Virus record (IMG/VR): IMGVR_UViG_3300022935_000005
Location: 186,001-250,000 of that record
Direction: 5' to 3' (one strand)
DNA length: 64,000 nt
The first letter of the stretch is position 1, and each line of letters begins with the position of its first letter. The position numbers and the translations under genes are program-made. Of this stretch, positions 9,259 through 18,933 are shown piece by piece. The notes under the pieces are model-generated. The model made no database searches. It had not been told where the DNA came from and saw only the letters and a program-made list of their open reading frames with translations.

Positions 9259-10067
9259 TGCCTGTGAAAGACCTGAGAAAACTAGTTTCCCTGCTTTTAG
9301 AAGAAGGGTACCAAAGCCATACTTTCGAGCCCGTAGTTGGTGATATTGTTGCCAATGATAACCCAAACTGTAAGCATCGAGGATCGATTGGCAGAGTCCT
9401 AACCATCCAAGCTCTGGATAATGACCAGGGAAAGACGGCGTCTTACGAATGCTTAAACTCTGGAGATGAGTGGGAAGAAGGTGATGTTTTAACAAAGACG
9501 CTCGATCAGTTGGTACCTGCTGTCTCAAAAGACTTCGCGTATCATATGACGAATGGTCTAGGCATGACTGAATCGATATATCGCCCCGGTTCCAGAGCTT
9601 TTTTTGACCTCGTAAGAGAGTTTCGAGTTTTGTCTCACAGAGGAGCCTACTCACCCTCCTACTTCGAGTCGTACTATCTTTTTGAGACTGACTTGGGCGA
9701 ATATGGTATGTATGATGGTCACCCGGTACCGCTTGACTGGCCAATGCCAGATGAAGACCTTTTCGAAGCAGAATATAAGGGCCGGGATGTCGACCTGAAT
9801 TCTCCTATGAGATCTTCTGGGCCTAAGAAGTACAAGGTCTACACCAAGAATGATAAGGGTAACGTTATCCAAGTTAACTTTGGAGACGCCAAGGGTGGGT
9901 TATCAGCAAAGATGGACGATGATGATGCCCGAGCGAACTTTGCTTCTCGGCACAATTGTGATAGTAAAGCAAAGGAAGATAAGACCAAGCCAGGCTACTG
10001 GTCCTGTCGGCTGCCCAGGTACTGGAAAGAGCTTGGGTTTAAGAAGAATAGTTATAGATTTTGGTAG
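9258..10067 (+). CDS. multidomain phage protein with leader-like N-terminus
   Basis: KDLRKLVSLLLEE N-terminus; C-terminal KKYKVY..VNFGD..RANFASRHNC..PGYWSCR domain. Confidence 0.6.
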   Translation: MPVKDLRKLVSLLLEEGYQSHTFEPVVGDIVANDNPNCKHRGSIGRVLTIQALDNDQGKTASYECLNSGDEWEEGDVLTKTLDQLVPAVSKDFAYHMTNGLGMTESIYRPGSRAFFDLVREFRVLSHRGAYSPSYFESYYLFETDLGEYGMYDGHPVPLDWPMPDEDLFEAEYKGRDVDLNSPMRSSGPKKYKVYTKNDKGNVIQVNFGDAKGGLSAKMDDDDARANFASRHNCDSKAKEDKTKPGYWSCRLPRYWKELGFKKNSYRFW

Positions 10068-10073
10068 GGGATT

Positions 10074-10856
10074 ATGAGACCATTTAAACAAGTCACGATA
10101 TCAGAGGGCGTTTTTGTTAGGGAGTTTTCTGGCGATGTAGACTCAGAAGAGCTCGTCTGGCACCGTGATCAAGAAGACAGACTTATTACGGTGACCGAGT
10201 CTGCTGGCTGGAAGATTCAGCGTGATAATGAGATGCCCGTGGAGATGAAGTCTGGAGATCAATTCTTTATTCCTGCCCTCGAGTGGCACAGGGTCATCAA
10301 GGGCACCGGAAGTTTGTTGATTGAAGTCGACACCAAGGCCGCGCATCCAAGACAGTACGGGGCATCTCAGGGCTCGAAGCGTGATAAACAGCTTGACCAG
10401 ACCAAGAAGGATCTAGAGAAAGCAAAGCAACTTCGTAAGGACGGAAAATCAAAGCAAGCTGATGAGCTTGAGAAAAGAGCATATGCCCGCCGGGACCGCA
10501 TGGAAAAGCAACAAAGAGAAAAGAAAGGGTTCGAAAACACTCCTCGTTCCGATACCAAGAAAGAGTCAATCGATAACGACGATGCAGTTTTAAGAGCTTT
10601 TGTGGAAGAGCTTCTTCTTTCTGAGAAGAAGACGAAAATGTCTAAGAAGACAGAAAAGGCTTTGGAGAAAAAAGCGAAAGAAAAGGGATACACTCTTGGA
10701 TCTGTCAAACAGGAATACAGGAAGGGTCTCGGCGCTTATTATAGCAGCGGGTCTCGAAAAGGAATGACTGCACATCAGTGGGCCATGGCAAGAGTCAATT
10801 CAGCGACTCCCTCTAAGTCTTGGGCTGTTGTTAAGAAATCGAAGGCAAAGAAATGA
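10074..10856 (+). CDS. multidomain protein (cupin-like N-domain, basic C-domains)
   Basis: WHRDQEDR..FIPALEWHRVIKG cupin-like; internal VLRAFVEELLLSE; C-terminal QWAMARVNS domain. Confidence 0.55.
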   Translation: MRPFKQVTISEGVFVREFSGDVDSEELVWHRDQEDRLITVTESAGWKIQRDNEMPVEMKSGDQFFIPALEWHRVIKGTGSLLIEVDTKAAHPRQYGASQGSKRDKQLDQTKKDLEKAKQLRKDGKSKQADELEKRAYARRDRMEKQQREKKGFENTPRSDTKKESIDNDDAVLRAFVEELLLSEKKTKMSKKTEKALEKKAKEKGYTLGSVKQEYRKGLGAYYSSGSRKGMTAHQWAMARVNSATPSKSWAVVKKSKAKK

Positions 10857-11221
10857 AAGTTACAAAAACACATTTGAAGCAGCTGATTGAAACAGCGGTT
10901 TTAAAGGAACAAGTTAGGGGATTGCTCATAGAGCGGATGTCTGTGGCAACAGTTAGTGACATCACAAGATTTAGACCATCGATAGAAGAGTGGGCTGAAG
11001 TTCTTGTGGATGAACTACAGAAAAAAGCTGAGAGGATGAAGGGGCTTGATGATAAAAGGCGGAATAGCATTATTACTATGCTGGTTGATGCAGTCGCCAA
11101 GTCTTTGATCAGCTCGACAGGTTCGATGACGGTCTCTAGTCTTGAGCGACAGAAAAAAGACAAAGAAGAAGAACAATACAAAAAGATGAGAGACTCAAGG
11201 CGTTACGGATATAGCGGATAA
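10853..11221 (+). CDS. MKITK-type leader protein
   Basis: MKVTKTHLKQLIETAVLKE. Confidence 0.6.
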   Translation: MKVTKTHLKQLIETAVLKEQVRGLLIERMSVATVSDITRFRPSIEEWAEVLVDELQKKAERMKGLDDKRRNSIITMLVDAVAKSLISSTGSMTVSSLERQKKDKEEEQYKKMRDSRRYGYSG

Positions 11222-11227
11222 AAGACA

Positions 11228-11497
11228 ATGAGAATCACAAGACGACAACTTAGAGACATTATCCGTGAAGCTCTCGAGCTTGATGAAGACGTCCGCAAGC
11301 GCGGAGACGAGTGGTGTGCTTATGTCGATGACAAGCTGACCAAGGCAGAGAAAGAAAACAACCCCAAGAAATATAAGGGTAAGAAGGTCGGAAGTGTCCA
11401 GCGAACCAAGTCAGGCAAAATCAGGATGAAGGCTCGTGCTTGCTACAAATCAAAGAAAAAGGCCAACAATGCAATGGCCGCAGCAATGATGGGATAA
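11228..11497 (+). CDS. MKITK-type leader protein, basic
   Basis: MRITRRQLRDIIREALELDE. Confidence 0.6.
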   Translation: MRITRRQLRDIIREALELDEDVRKRGDEWCAYVDDKLTKAEKENNPKKYKGKKVGSVQRTKSGKIRMKARACYKSKKKANNAMAAAMMG

Positions 11498-11500
11498 CAA

Positions 11501-11845
11501 ATGTCTACTAGCCCGGAGCTTTACACATATCGAGCGTTCGTTAGGAAAGTGTACGATGGGGATACGGTCACAGTTGACGTCGATCTCGGGTGGTCAGTTG
11601 TGCTCAAAGCTCAAAAGATCCGCCTCGTCCGCATTAATGCTCCAGAAGTTCGTGGAGAACAGCGCACGGAAGGTCTAAAATCTAGAGACGCTTTACGAGA
11701 CAAAATCGGAAACAAGTGGGTAAAGATCAAAACTGAAAAGGATAAGAAGGGTAAATTCGGCCGATGGCTCGGAGAGATCTGGCTTGAAGACGAGTGCGTC
11801 AATGATTGGCTTCTCAAGGAAGGTCATGCTGAGGAGTATAAATGA
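11501..11845 (+). CDS. thermonuclease (SNase-like)
   Basis: VYDGDTV, IRLVRINAPE, GKFGRWLG, NDWLLKEGHA. Confidence 0.9.
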   Translation: MSTSPELYTYRAFVRKVYDGDTVTVDVDLGWSVVLKAQKIRLVRINAPEVRGEQRTEGLKSRDALRDKIGNKWVKIKTEKDKKGKFGRWLGEIWLEDECVNDWLLKEGHAEEYK

Positions 11846-13137
11846 GTCTACTGCTAGAATACAGTAAGTACAATCCTGTGATAAGGGATAGAAGCTATAT
11901 CACTGAAGTTTTAGGGATTAAAGTCCCTCTGTACGAGTCGTATGAGTACTATACTCCAGAGCTACAGTCAAGGATTATTCGAGAGCACTTGCTTCTTGAG
12001 GGCTTCTTTGACGGTTTAAAGAGACTGAAGGATGACGCTCTATTATTCGGTAAATCTCTTAAGCAGATAATCACTAAACCTGACCTCATTGGATCGTTTG
12101 TGGCGGCCCTCAATAAGATGGTACTTAACAAGATGATTAGACCGATAGGGTCTTTTCTTAAGATGGTCAAGGAGAAGCTTACTGAGTTGGGGGCGGACAA
12201 GTTTCCGACGTTCATAAAGTTTGCAGACGGCTTGCTTACAAGCCTCAATAAGATCTTAGAAAAAGTGAATGGTCTAGATGGGTGGAAGAAAGCTGTGGGA
12301 GCGATGAGCTTAGCATTATCCATGAAATACATCTGGAACGAGATCGGTGAGCTGATCGAAGAAGGTCAAAAGAAGATTGGAGAAGTGGTACCAGCTTTTG
12401 ACATAATCAAAGCAGCAGCGGAAGGAGCTGCTGAGGCCGCAGGCGATAAACTGGAGAAAGCCAAGGAGGCTGTAAAGGGTCTTTTGAGCTGGCTGAAAGA
12501 GCAGATAGTAGAGAAAGCCGGTGAATTTATAAAAGAGAAGCTTAAGGGTCTAGCTACGTCTGTTTTAGGGTCTGCGATATCAGGTGGTGTTAAAAAAGTC
12601 TGGGACACCCTTACAGCTCTTTACGGAGGAGCGAAATTTGTTATGGATACGTTAAATCCAGCGTTCAAGCGTTTTACACACAAAGTGACTGCCGAAAGTA
12701 CACTTCGTGAATACGTAAGAGAGCTTTTATCTGAGCAAGCCAGTTACGGGTCAGCAGACGGCCAGTCTCGGATTGTCAAAGTCAATAACATGAAGATTCG
12801 TATAGACTTAGAAGATCTAGACTACAGAGCCACTCAGCACTCTAGAGAGCGTCAGCACCGACATAAGGATTCTTCCGGCCGCGGATTCAAGATATCGGGT
12901 GATTCCATCCAGAGAGCTATTGACGCTGCAATTGGTAACATCATAAACGACTATGCCAATGGCGAACTCAGGAACAACGAGCGGTTCTTGATCGCCGCGA
13001 AAACAGGGAAAGGTGACCCGCTGAATATTGTTGGCGCTCTGAATATGCAGAAGGGTCCTGACGATTTTGCAGTTATTACAGTAATGAGAAAGCAGAATTT
13101 TATGTCTGATCTGCCGACGTACGAGGTGAGTCTATGA
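11842..13137 (+). CDS. multidomain protein: helical domain plus possible RelE/DUF4258-like C-domain, with internal leader motifs
   Basis: RIIREHLLLE and ESTLREYVRELLSE motifs; C-domain HSRERQHR..VITVMRK. Confidence 0.5.
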   Translation: MSLLLEYSKYNPVIRDRSYITEVLGIKVPLYESYEYYTPELQSRIIREHLLLEGFFDGLKRLKDDALLFGKSLKQIITKPDLIGSFVAALNKMVLNKMIRPIGSFLKMVKEKLTELGADKFPTFIKFADGLLTSLNKILEKVNGLDGWKKAVGAMSLALSMKYIWNEIGELIEEGQKKIGEVVPAFDIIKAAAEGAAEAAGDKLEKAKEAVKGLLSWLKEQIVEKAGEFIKEKLKGLATSVLGSAISGGVKKVWDTLTALYGGAKFVMDTLNPAFKRFTHKVTAESTLREYVRELLSEQASYGSADGQSRIVKVNNMKIRIDLEDLDYRATQHSRERQHRHKDSSGRGFKISGDSIQRAIDAAIGNIINDYANGELRNNERFLIAAKTGKGDPLNIVGALNMQKGPDDFAVITVMRKQNFMSDLPTYEVSL

Positions 13138-13442
13138 AGCTGTTATCATGGCTCAAACATCGATTAAGCCACAAACTAGAACATTTCTCCCTAGAAAATC
13201 TTAAACGTTTCCTGAAAGAAAACGGTCTCGCGTTTGTTGTTATATTTCTAGCGTGGGAGATTATCGAGGATGTACTTTTCCCGATCCTCTTTACCGTTTT
13301 AGGAACATACGTCCACCCTGTGTTTTACGCAGGTGTTCCAGCAGCTTGGCTCCTTTGTTTACACTGGCTAGCAGTACCACTGATGTGGGGTGCATGGGTA
13401 AAGATTAGAGGAAAAAGGAAAGACAATGAGCCTTCTTCGTGA
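13134..13442 (+). CDS. small membrane protein
   Basis: Two to three hydrophobic segments. Confidence 0.55.
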   Translation: MKLLSWLKHRLSHKLEHFSLENLKRFLKENGLAFVVIFLAWEIIEDVLFPILFTVLGTYVHPVFYAGVPAAWLLCLHWLAVPLMWGAWVKIRGKRKDNEPSS

Positions 13443-13950
13443 ATACATCAAAGAGATCCTAAATGAGGGTGTTGAGTTCCATGAGCTTGATTCGCCCTTA
13501 ACCTATAATAGATCACGTAACGTGAAGCGCTTGGCATATTGTGATACATCAGTCACCGAACCGCCAGAAGGTCATGACACATATTTCACGGAATATCAGA
13601 GGATGGAAAGATATGGAAAAACCGGCCGGCGTCTGAAGAAGCCACGAAAAGGTGAGCTAATCCCAGGAGTTTCGAATGTTTGTGTTATCGGCTTTCTTGA
13701 CTATCACCACTACGGTAAAACTGCAGAAGGAAAGGACATGTGGTACATTGACTACATGAAGACCCGGGGTGATTCAACAGGTCAAGGCGTTGCCAGTAAA
13801 CTCATAGATGAATTCTTTGAGAGGTACGTCGATCCAGACGGTGGGTACGTTCACTTCGGCAAGATGATGAGAAAAGAGATCGGGCATCTTAAAGACAAGA
13901 TGGCCGAGAAGTACCCTAATGCAGAAGTAATCGGGGCTGTGAATTATTGA
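13426..13950 (+). CDS. LLREYI-leader protein, GNAT-like acetyltransferase
   Basis: MSLLREYIKEILNE; YIDYMKTRGDSTGQGVASKLID resembles GNAT motif A. Confidence 0.6.
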   Translation: MSLLREYIKEILNEGVEFHELDSPLTYNRSRNVKRLAYCDTSVTEPPEGHDTYFTEYQRMERYGKTGRRLKKPRKGELIPGVSNVCVIGFLDYHHYGKTAEGKDMWYIDYMKTRGDSTGQGVASKLIDEFFERYVDPDGGYVHFGKMMRKEIGHLKDKMAEKYPNAEVIGAVNY

Positions 13951-14528
13951 TGAGACTACTTCGCGAATACATAAGAGAGCTGCTGAAAGAATCTGTTGAT
14001 CCCAAGATCATGTCAATGATCGATCGTGCAGAAAAGGCTGGCTTCAAGGTCGTTGTTAGGAGTGGTTATACGGCTGTGTACGACCCTAATATCGATGTTT
14101 CAGACTGGTATGAGGGCTATATTGGTCCAGCAAACAGGGTAGCAGGTATATCTTGGAACCCAAGTCCGGGAGCACATGGGCAACCTTGTTCTGGCGCCAA
14201 GGAAGTATCAGTTTCCGGCGCCAAAGAATTCGGGATGGGTCCATTAGCTTATGACGTTGCGATCGAAGCTTCGGGTGGTCTAATGTCTGACAGGCTGGAG
14301 GTTTCGAAAGACGCAAGAAATGTGTGGAAACATTACATGAAGAAGCGACCTGACGTGATAATCCAACAACTTGACAACCTGAAAAACGAGCTCACCCCAG
14401 AAAGAGAAGACAACTGTGATCATCCAGATGGATTTTCGGTTAGCTCACCACTTACAAAAATGTACTCTAAGATTGGAACGCCAGTCATGGATGAGCTGCG
14501 ACGACGAGGGATGTTGGAAGAACAATGA
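13950..14528 (+). CDS. LLREYI-leader protein, GNAT-like paralog 1
   Basis: MRLLREYIRELLKESVDPKIMSM; FGMGPLAYDVAIE..SDRLEVSKDARNVW. Confidence 0.6.
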   Translation: MRLLREYIRELLKESVDPKIMSMIDRAEKAGFKVVVRSGYTAVYDPNIDVSDWYEGYIGPANRVAGISWNPSPGAHGQPCSGAKEVSVSGAKEFGMGPLAYDVAIEASGGLMSDRLEVSKDARNVWKHYMKKRPDVIIQQLDNLKNELTPEREDNCDHPDGFSVSSPLTKMYSKIGTPVMDELRRRGMLEEQ

Positions 14529-15073
14529 GACTACTTCGTGAGTATATAAGGGAAATCTTGAGTGAGAACAAGCTGCGTGTCTTCGATTTTGATGACACAC
14601 TTGCTGTCACTGATTCCATGATTATACTTACTAAAGCGACGGGTGAGCAGATAAAGCAGACTCCTGGAGAGTGGGCCATATACATACCTGAACCCGGCGA
14701 TGAGTTCGATTACAGCGAGTTCGGCGGCGAGTTAATGAACCCTCGAGAAATCAAAGACTACATGAATATCCTCCGCCGCGTTTTGGGAGCAGGTACAGAC
14801 GGTCGCAAAGCTGTGATCTTAACTGCTCGTGCTGAAGTTGCTCGACAGGGCATCATTAACTTTTTACAAGACATTGGTCTCAACGTAAACGACATTGAGA
14901 TTGTAACGCTTGGTGAATCCGACCCACAATTTAAGGCGCGATGGATTGAAGACAAGATAAATAGCGGTTATGACGATGTGTATTTTGTCGATGACTCTGA
15001 TAAAAATATAGCGGCTGTGCAAGCGCTAGCTGTGAAATATCCCAATATAAAGTTGAGGACACAACTGGTATGA
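14525..15073 (+). CDS. LLREYI-leader protein, HAD-superfamily phosphatase
   Basis: MRLLREYIREILSE; VFDFDDTL, ILTAR, FVDDSDKN. Confidence 0.75.
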   Translation: MRLLREYIREILSENKLRVFDFDDTLAVTDSMIILTKATGEQIKQTPGEWAIYIPEPGDEFDYSEFGGELMNPREIKDYMNILRRVLGAGTDGRKAVILTARAEVARQGIINFLQDIGLNVNDIEIVTLGESDPQFKARWIEDKINSGYDDVYFVDDSDKNIAAVQALAVKYPNIKLRTQLV

Positions 15074-15687
15074 AACTATTGCGCGAATACATAAGAGAGC
15101 TACTGAAAGAATCTGTTGACCCCAAGATCATGTCAATGATTGACAGAGCTGAAGCTGCAGGTTACAAAGTCAGACTGTTTGTGGTCCCAAAGCAGGGAGG
15201 ATCTGTCAGGTTGGTTGAACCCGGTGACAAACCTCTACGACTGGACGGCAAAAACGCAATAGGTTCGGTTGAATGGAGAAAACCAAAGTTCAGCGATCAT
15301 GGCAATTGCTCAGGCGGACAAAGCGTAGGTTGGTCTGAAGCTGATGGTGGATTCGGGCCGCTGTTATATGATGTTGCGATCGAAGCATCAGGCGGTTTAA
15401 TGCCCGATAGATTCGAAGTATCCGGTGAGGCAGAGGCAGTGTGGGATAGATACATGAACTCTCGTTCTGATGTTATTGTTCGCCAGCTGGATATCTTACC
15501 TGACTACGAAGAACCACAGATCACCCCCGACAATCCCAACGATGATTGCAGCCAAGTTCCAGCGCACGACATGCTGAAGGACAAGTGGCATACATCTTCC
15601 CTCAGCAAGATATACAGCAAGTCAGGTACTCCCGTTATTGATGAACTGATCAAGCGCGGCATGTTGATAGATAATAGGACAGTGTGA
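15070..15687 (+). CDS. LLREYI-leader protein, GNAT-like paralog 2
   Basis: MKLLREYIRELLKESVDPKIMSM; GGFGPLLYDVAIE..PDRFEVSGEAEAVW. Confidence 0.6.
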   Translation: MKLLREYIRELLKESVDPKIMSMIDRAEAAGYKVRLFVVPKQGGSVRLVEPGDKPLRLDGKNAIGSVEWRKPKFSDHGNCSGGQSVGWSEADGGFGPLLYDVAIEASGGLMPDRFEVSGEAEAVWDRYMNSRSDVIVRQLDILPDYEEPQITPDNPNDDCSQVPAHDMLKDKWHTSSLSKIYSKSGTPVIDELIKRGMLIDNRTV

Positions 15688-16049
15688 TGAATCTACTGCG
15701 CGAGTACGTAAGGGCTTTGCTTACTGAAAAGACTATCGCCATTGGCCAATGTTATCCCCATGCGATCAAGATGGCTCAACAGTCATCTGATGAAGAGTGG
15801 GATGATCTAGACAAGTTCAAGGTGGTCCACGGAAAAGTGACGAACAAATGGAATGATGAGTCATATGAGCATGCTTGGGTTGAAAAGGGTGACATGATAT
15901 TCGACTGGCAAACACACGTAACAAAGCCAGAAGGGATTCCAAAAGCTGTGTACTACGATAACTTCCAACCTGAAGCTTATGAAGAATACACTGCTGAAGA
16001 AGCTATAATCAATTGTACTAAGTCAGGGCAAGCGGGGCCTTGGAGATGA
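15687..16049 (+). CDS. LLREYI-leader protein, possible papain/transglutaminase-like Cys-His-Asp domain
   Basis: MNLLREYVRALLTE; GQCYPHA..VVHG..HAWVE..IFDW. Confidence 0.5.
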   Translation: MNLLREYVRALLTEKTIAIGQCYPHAIKMAQQSSDEEWDDLDKFKVVHGKVTNKWNDESYEHAWVEKGDMIFDWQTHVTKPEGIPKAVYYDNFQPEAYEEYTAEEAIINCTKSGQAGPWR

Positions 16050-16552
16050 ACCTGCTTCGCGAATACATAAGAGAGTTACTGACCGAGGAATCTACTACTG
16101 TTTCTCTACACAGAGGGTCAACTGAAGATTACTTCAGAGTGAATTTCAGCGTGGACGGTAGAATGGTTGGTTATGCAGAGGTCAACTCAACTCGTAGGTA
16201 CTCGAACTGCCAAGAAAATGTTATGGAACTTGAACAATCTCCAGAGTACATTGAAGCCAAAGAACGGCACGAGGCGACAAGCAAGTGGAGCTGGTCACCA
16301 AAGATGTACGTTACGAATAACGTCTGGATCCCCAACGAAGCTGACAGAGGGAAAGGTTACGGTAAGTTGATATATCAGGCAGCCATTGACCAGGCAATTC
16401 AATACGCAAGGTCTAGCGGTGGTGTGTTTATCGGTTCGGACGCATGCGATTCTGCCGGTTCCACCTCAGCTGATGCGGGCCGTGTATGGAGTTCACTGGG
16501 ACAACAGTTCGGTGCTAGCTCAGGCCAACTGATATTCGTGAGGACAAACTAA
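16046..16552 (+). CDS. LLREYI-leader protein, GNAT-like acetyltransferase
   Basis: MNLLREYIRELLTE; DRGKGYGKLIYQAAI (motif A)..SADAGRVW. Confidence 0.65.
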   Translation: MNLLREYIRELLTEESTTVSLHRGSTEDYFRVNFSVDGRMVGYAEVNSTRRYSNCQENVMELEQSPEYIEAKERHEATSKWSWSPKMYVTNNVWIPNEADRGKGYGKLIYQAAIDQAIQYARSSGGVFIGSDACDSAGSTSADAGRVWSSLGQQFGASSGQLIFVRTN

Positions 16553-17511
16553 TGAACCTACTCCGCGAGTACATAAGAGAGCTGCTGTTAAAAGAAGTCA
16601 AGTCCTCTGAACTTCCATGGGCAGAACTGTCTGATATTTTACGTAAAAAATTTCCTGGGTTTGGCGAAGAAGTAGAGATGCCGGCAGGAGGGAAACGTAA
16701 GCCTTTCGAGATAGAGCAGAGGACGGTGGCAGATAGGGGTCCCCAGAGATTGGCTAGCTTTACCATCGGATATGGTGACTTCTCCTACGATAAGCCTGCC
16801 ACTAAATTCTCTGACGCTGATTTAGACGCTGTCGTTGATGAGATCGATAAGTGGGCTGCTAATTTTGGATTACATGTGGCAAGAGACCAACTCGCCATGA
16901 ATAGCAATATCGCAATGCTCAAAGTCGGGCTGATGGATCTGGAGACAGACGAAGTCGAGAAACCAGCGAAACTATATCATGTAACAGATCCTGTGACAGC
17001 TGAGACGATTCTCTCGCAAGGTTTAGAACCTCAGTCAGCTAGACGGCGAGGCAAGGCTGGAAAAGCAGGTGATATGATGGGTGCAGCAGGGAGAAGTTAC
17101 CCTGGCAGAATATTCATGTTCACAGATGCACAGACTGCCCTCGCTAGAGCTTCGAAGACTGCAAAGATTATGCATAGGCTTTCCTTTGTTAGGGATGTCT
17201 TAGAAGACGAAGCAGAGTACGAGAAGGGCGCCTCTCAAACAATCGGTAAGTCAGAAACCCCAGTTGTTTTAGAGATTGACGGATCTGCTGTCGGTAAAGT
17301 AATGGCAGATCCAGATTTTGAGATGGGTAAGGGTGCCGTATTCTCAACAGATGCAGTTCCACCATCTGCGATATCGAAGTATAAAGATGTAGACAGGGGC
17401 AGCTTCGAATACGATTGGCGAGATAACTATAAAGTAAGAGAGATGCTCAGAAGTGATTATGGCGGCACAATGTCAAAAATCAAAGCATGGGAGCAGAGCC
17501 AAGGATTATGA
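16552..17511 (+). CDS. LLREYI-leader protein with Tpt1/KptA / ADP-ribosyltransferase-like domain
   Basis: KLYHVTDPVTAETILSQGLEP, GRIFMFTD, VVLEID, VFSTDAVPPSAI. Confidence 0.6.
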   Translation: MNLLREYIRELLLKEVKSSELPWAELSDILRKKFPGFGEEVEMPAGGKRKPFEIEQRTVADRGPQRLASFTIGYGDFSYDKPATKFSDADLDAVVDEIDKWAANFGLHVARDQLAMNSNIAMLKVGLMDLETDEVEKPAKLYHVTDPVTAETILSQGLEPQSARRRGKAGKAGDMMGAAGRSYPGRIFMFTDAQTALARASKTAKIMHRLSFVRDVLEDEAEYEKGASQTIGKSETPVVLEIDGSAVGKVMADPDFEMGKGAVFSTDAVPPSAISKYKDVDRGSFEYDWRDNYKVREMLRSDYGGTMSKIKAWEQSQGL

Positions 17512-18059
17512 AACTACTACGCGAATACATAAGAGAGCTACTGAAAGAATCTGTTGATCCCAAGATCATGTCAATGGTTGATAGACTCGAAGCGGACGGG
17601 GGATATGTTAGAATTAGCAAGAACGCTGCAAGAGTTATTATTGATGGACACAATGTCGCGTTTGTCCAATTCGAAACACCGGGAGTTTGGTCCAAAGGTG
17701 AGTGTTCGGGCGCGAAAATAGTATCTTACTCTGAAGCGGAAAGAAGTTACGGTCCTTTAGCATATGATATCGCCATTGAAGCAACAGGCGGACTTGCACC
17801 AGATCGCGAAGAAGTTTCAGGAGATGCAAAAAACGTTTGGTCTTACTACGAAAAGAATAGACCTGATGTAACAATCGCCCAGCTAGATGATGAAAACAAT
17901 ATGTTGACCCCTGACGGTGGAGACAATTGCAATCAGAAGTCTGCCATGCTGGATGCAGAAAGTTACCACTTTGATAGATCACCGCTCAGTAAGGTATACA
18001 GGAAGTCAGGTACGCCCGTTATAGATGAGTTGCGGAAACGAGGGATGTTGAAGGAATGA
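17508..18059 (+). CDS. LLREYI-leader protein, GNAT-like paralog 3
   Basis: MKLLREYIRELLKESVDPKIMSM; SYGPLAYDIAIE..PDREEVSGDAKNVW. Confidence 0.6.
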   Translation: MKLLREYIRELLKESVDPKIMSMVDRLEADGGYVRISKNAARVIIDGHNVAFVQFETPGVWSKGECSGAKIVSYSEAERSYGPLAYDIAIEATGGLAPDREEVSGDAKNVWSYYEKNRPDVTIAQLDDENNMLTPDGGDNCNQKSAMLDAESYHFDRSPLSKVYRKSGTPVIDELRKRGMLKE

Positions 18060-18904
18060 ATCTACTTCGTGAATACATAAAAGAGGTATTAAGCGAGGTA
18101 ACAGCTCTTCCTCAGGAATACTTCACTGCAATCGATGCCGCTGTGTCTTCTTCAAATTTTTGGGAAGAGCCGAATTCTCAAGATGATATAGACTACTATG
18201 AGTCTAAGGCAGGAGGGGTCATGGCTACTCCTGCCGCAGAGGCTCTTTCTGAGGCTCTAGAAGGGGCTATGGAAGAGGTTGGTCTAGACATGGACATATT
18301 GGTTAGGTCACACGATACAGATGATCTGATGGGAATGTCTCTACATCCCGAGCATCCTGCTTGGCCTAATAGATGGCTCATCGACGCGAAGTGGTACGTC
18401 TCAAAAGAACGCCCGGGAAGAAGCACTATTGACATAGAGATGATGACATCAGAGGATGAAGACAACATTTCTCAAGCTCTGAACACCAGTGAGCTAGTCC
18501 GTCATATTACAGCAACAGTGAGACACGAGCTAGTACATTATCGACAGATGAAAAAACAGGCTGCCCATAAGGGGCTGGATGACACCGCCGCTTTTGAGGA
18601 AATGCTGAAAGATCCCCGCCAGATTCCGCCGGGCTCCGCGGATGATCCGGAGTGGCAGAAGAAGTACTTGAGTTCTCATATAGAGATCGATGCTCACGCT
18701 CACGATGCCGCCGAAGACTTGATCGCTGTATACTCCGCTAAAGAGATTGACGCAATACTCAGTAAAAAGGTTGATCTGTCTGATGATAGACTGCCCAACG
18801 CTGTTAAGCACTATATCGAGGTTCTTGGGCCCGACGATAAATCAACTCGTAAGTTCATGAGTAAGCTTTATACACAAGTCGAAAAGATGAAAAGTAGAAG
18901 ATAA
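18056..18904 (+). CDS. LLREYI-leader protein, HExxH zinc-metallopeptidase-like
   Basis: MNLLREYIKEVLSE; VRHELVHYRQ..YLSSHIEIDAHA. Confidence 0.65.
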   Translation: MNLLREYIKEVLSEVTALPQEYFTAIDAAVSSSNFWEEPNSQDDIDYYESKAGGVMATPAAEALSEALEGAMEEVGLDMDILVRSHDTDDLMGMSLHPEHPAWPNRWLIDAKWYVSKERPGRSTIDIEMMTSEDEDNISQALNTSELVRHITATVRHELVHYRQMKKQAAHKGLDDTAAFEEMLKDPRQIPPGSADDPEWQKKYLSSHIEIDAHAHDAAEDLIAVYSAKEIDAILSKKVDLSDDRLPNAVKHYIEVLGPDDKSTRKFMSKLYTQVEKMKSRR

Positions 18905-18933
18905 CAGGAATACTTAACACTAAAGGTAGTACA

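Noticed and set aside
13950-18059. Paralog triplet as a diversity-generating retroelement
   Set aside because: No reverse transcriptase in the window, and differences include indels rather than adenine-specific substitutions.
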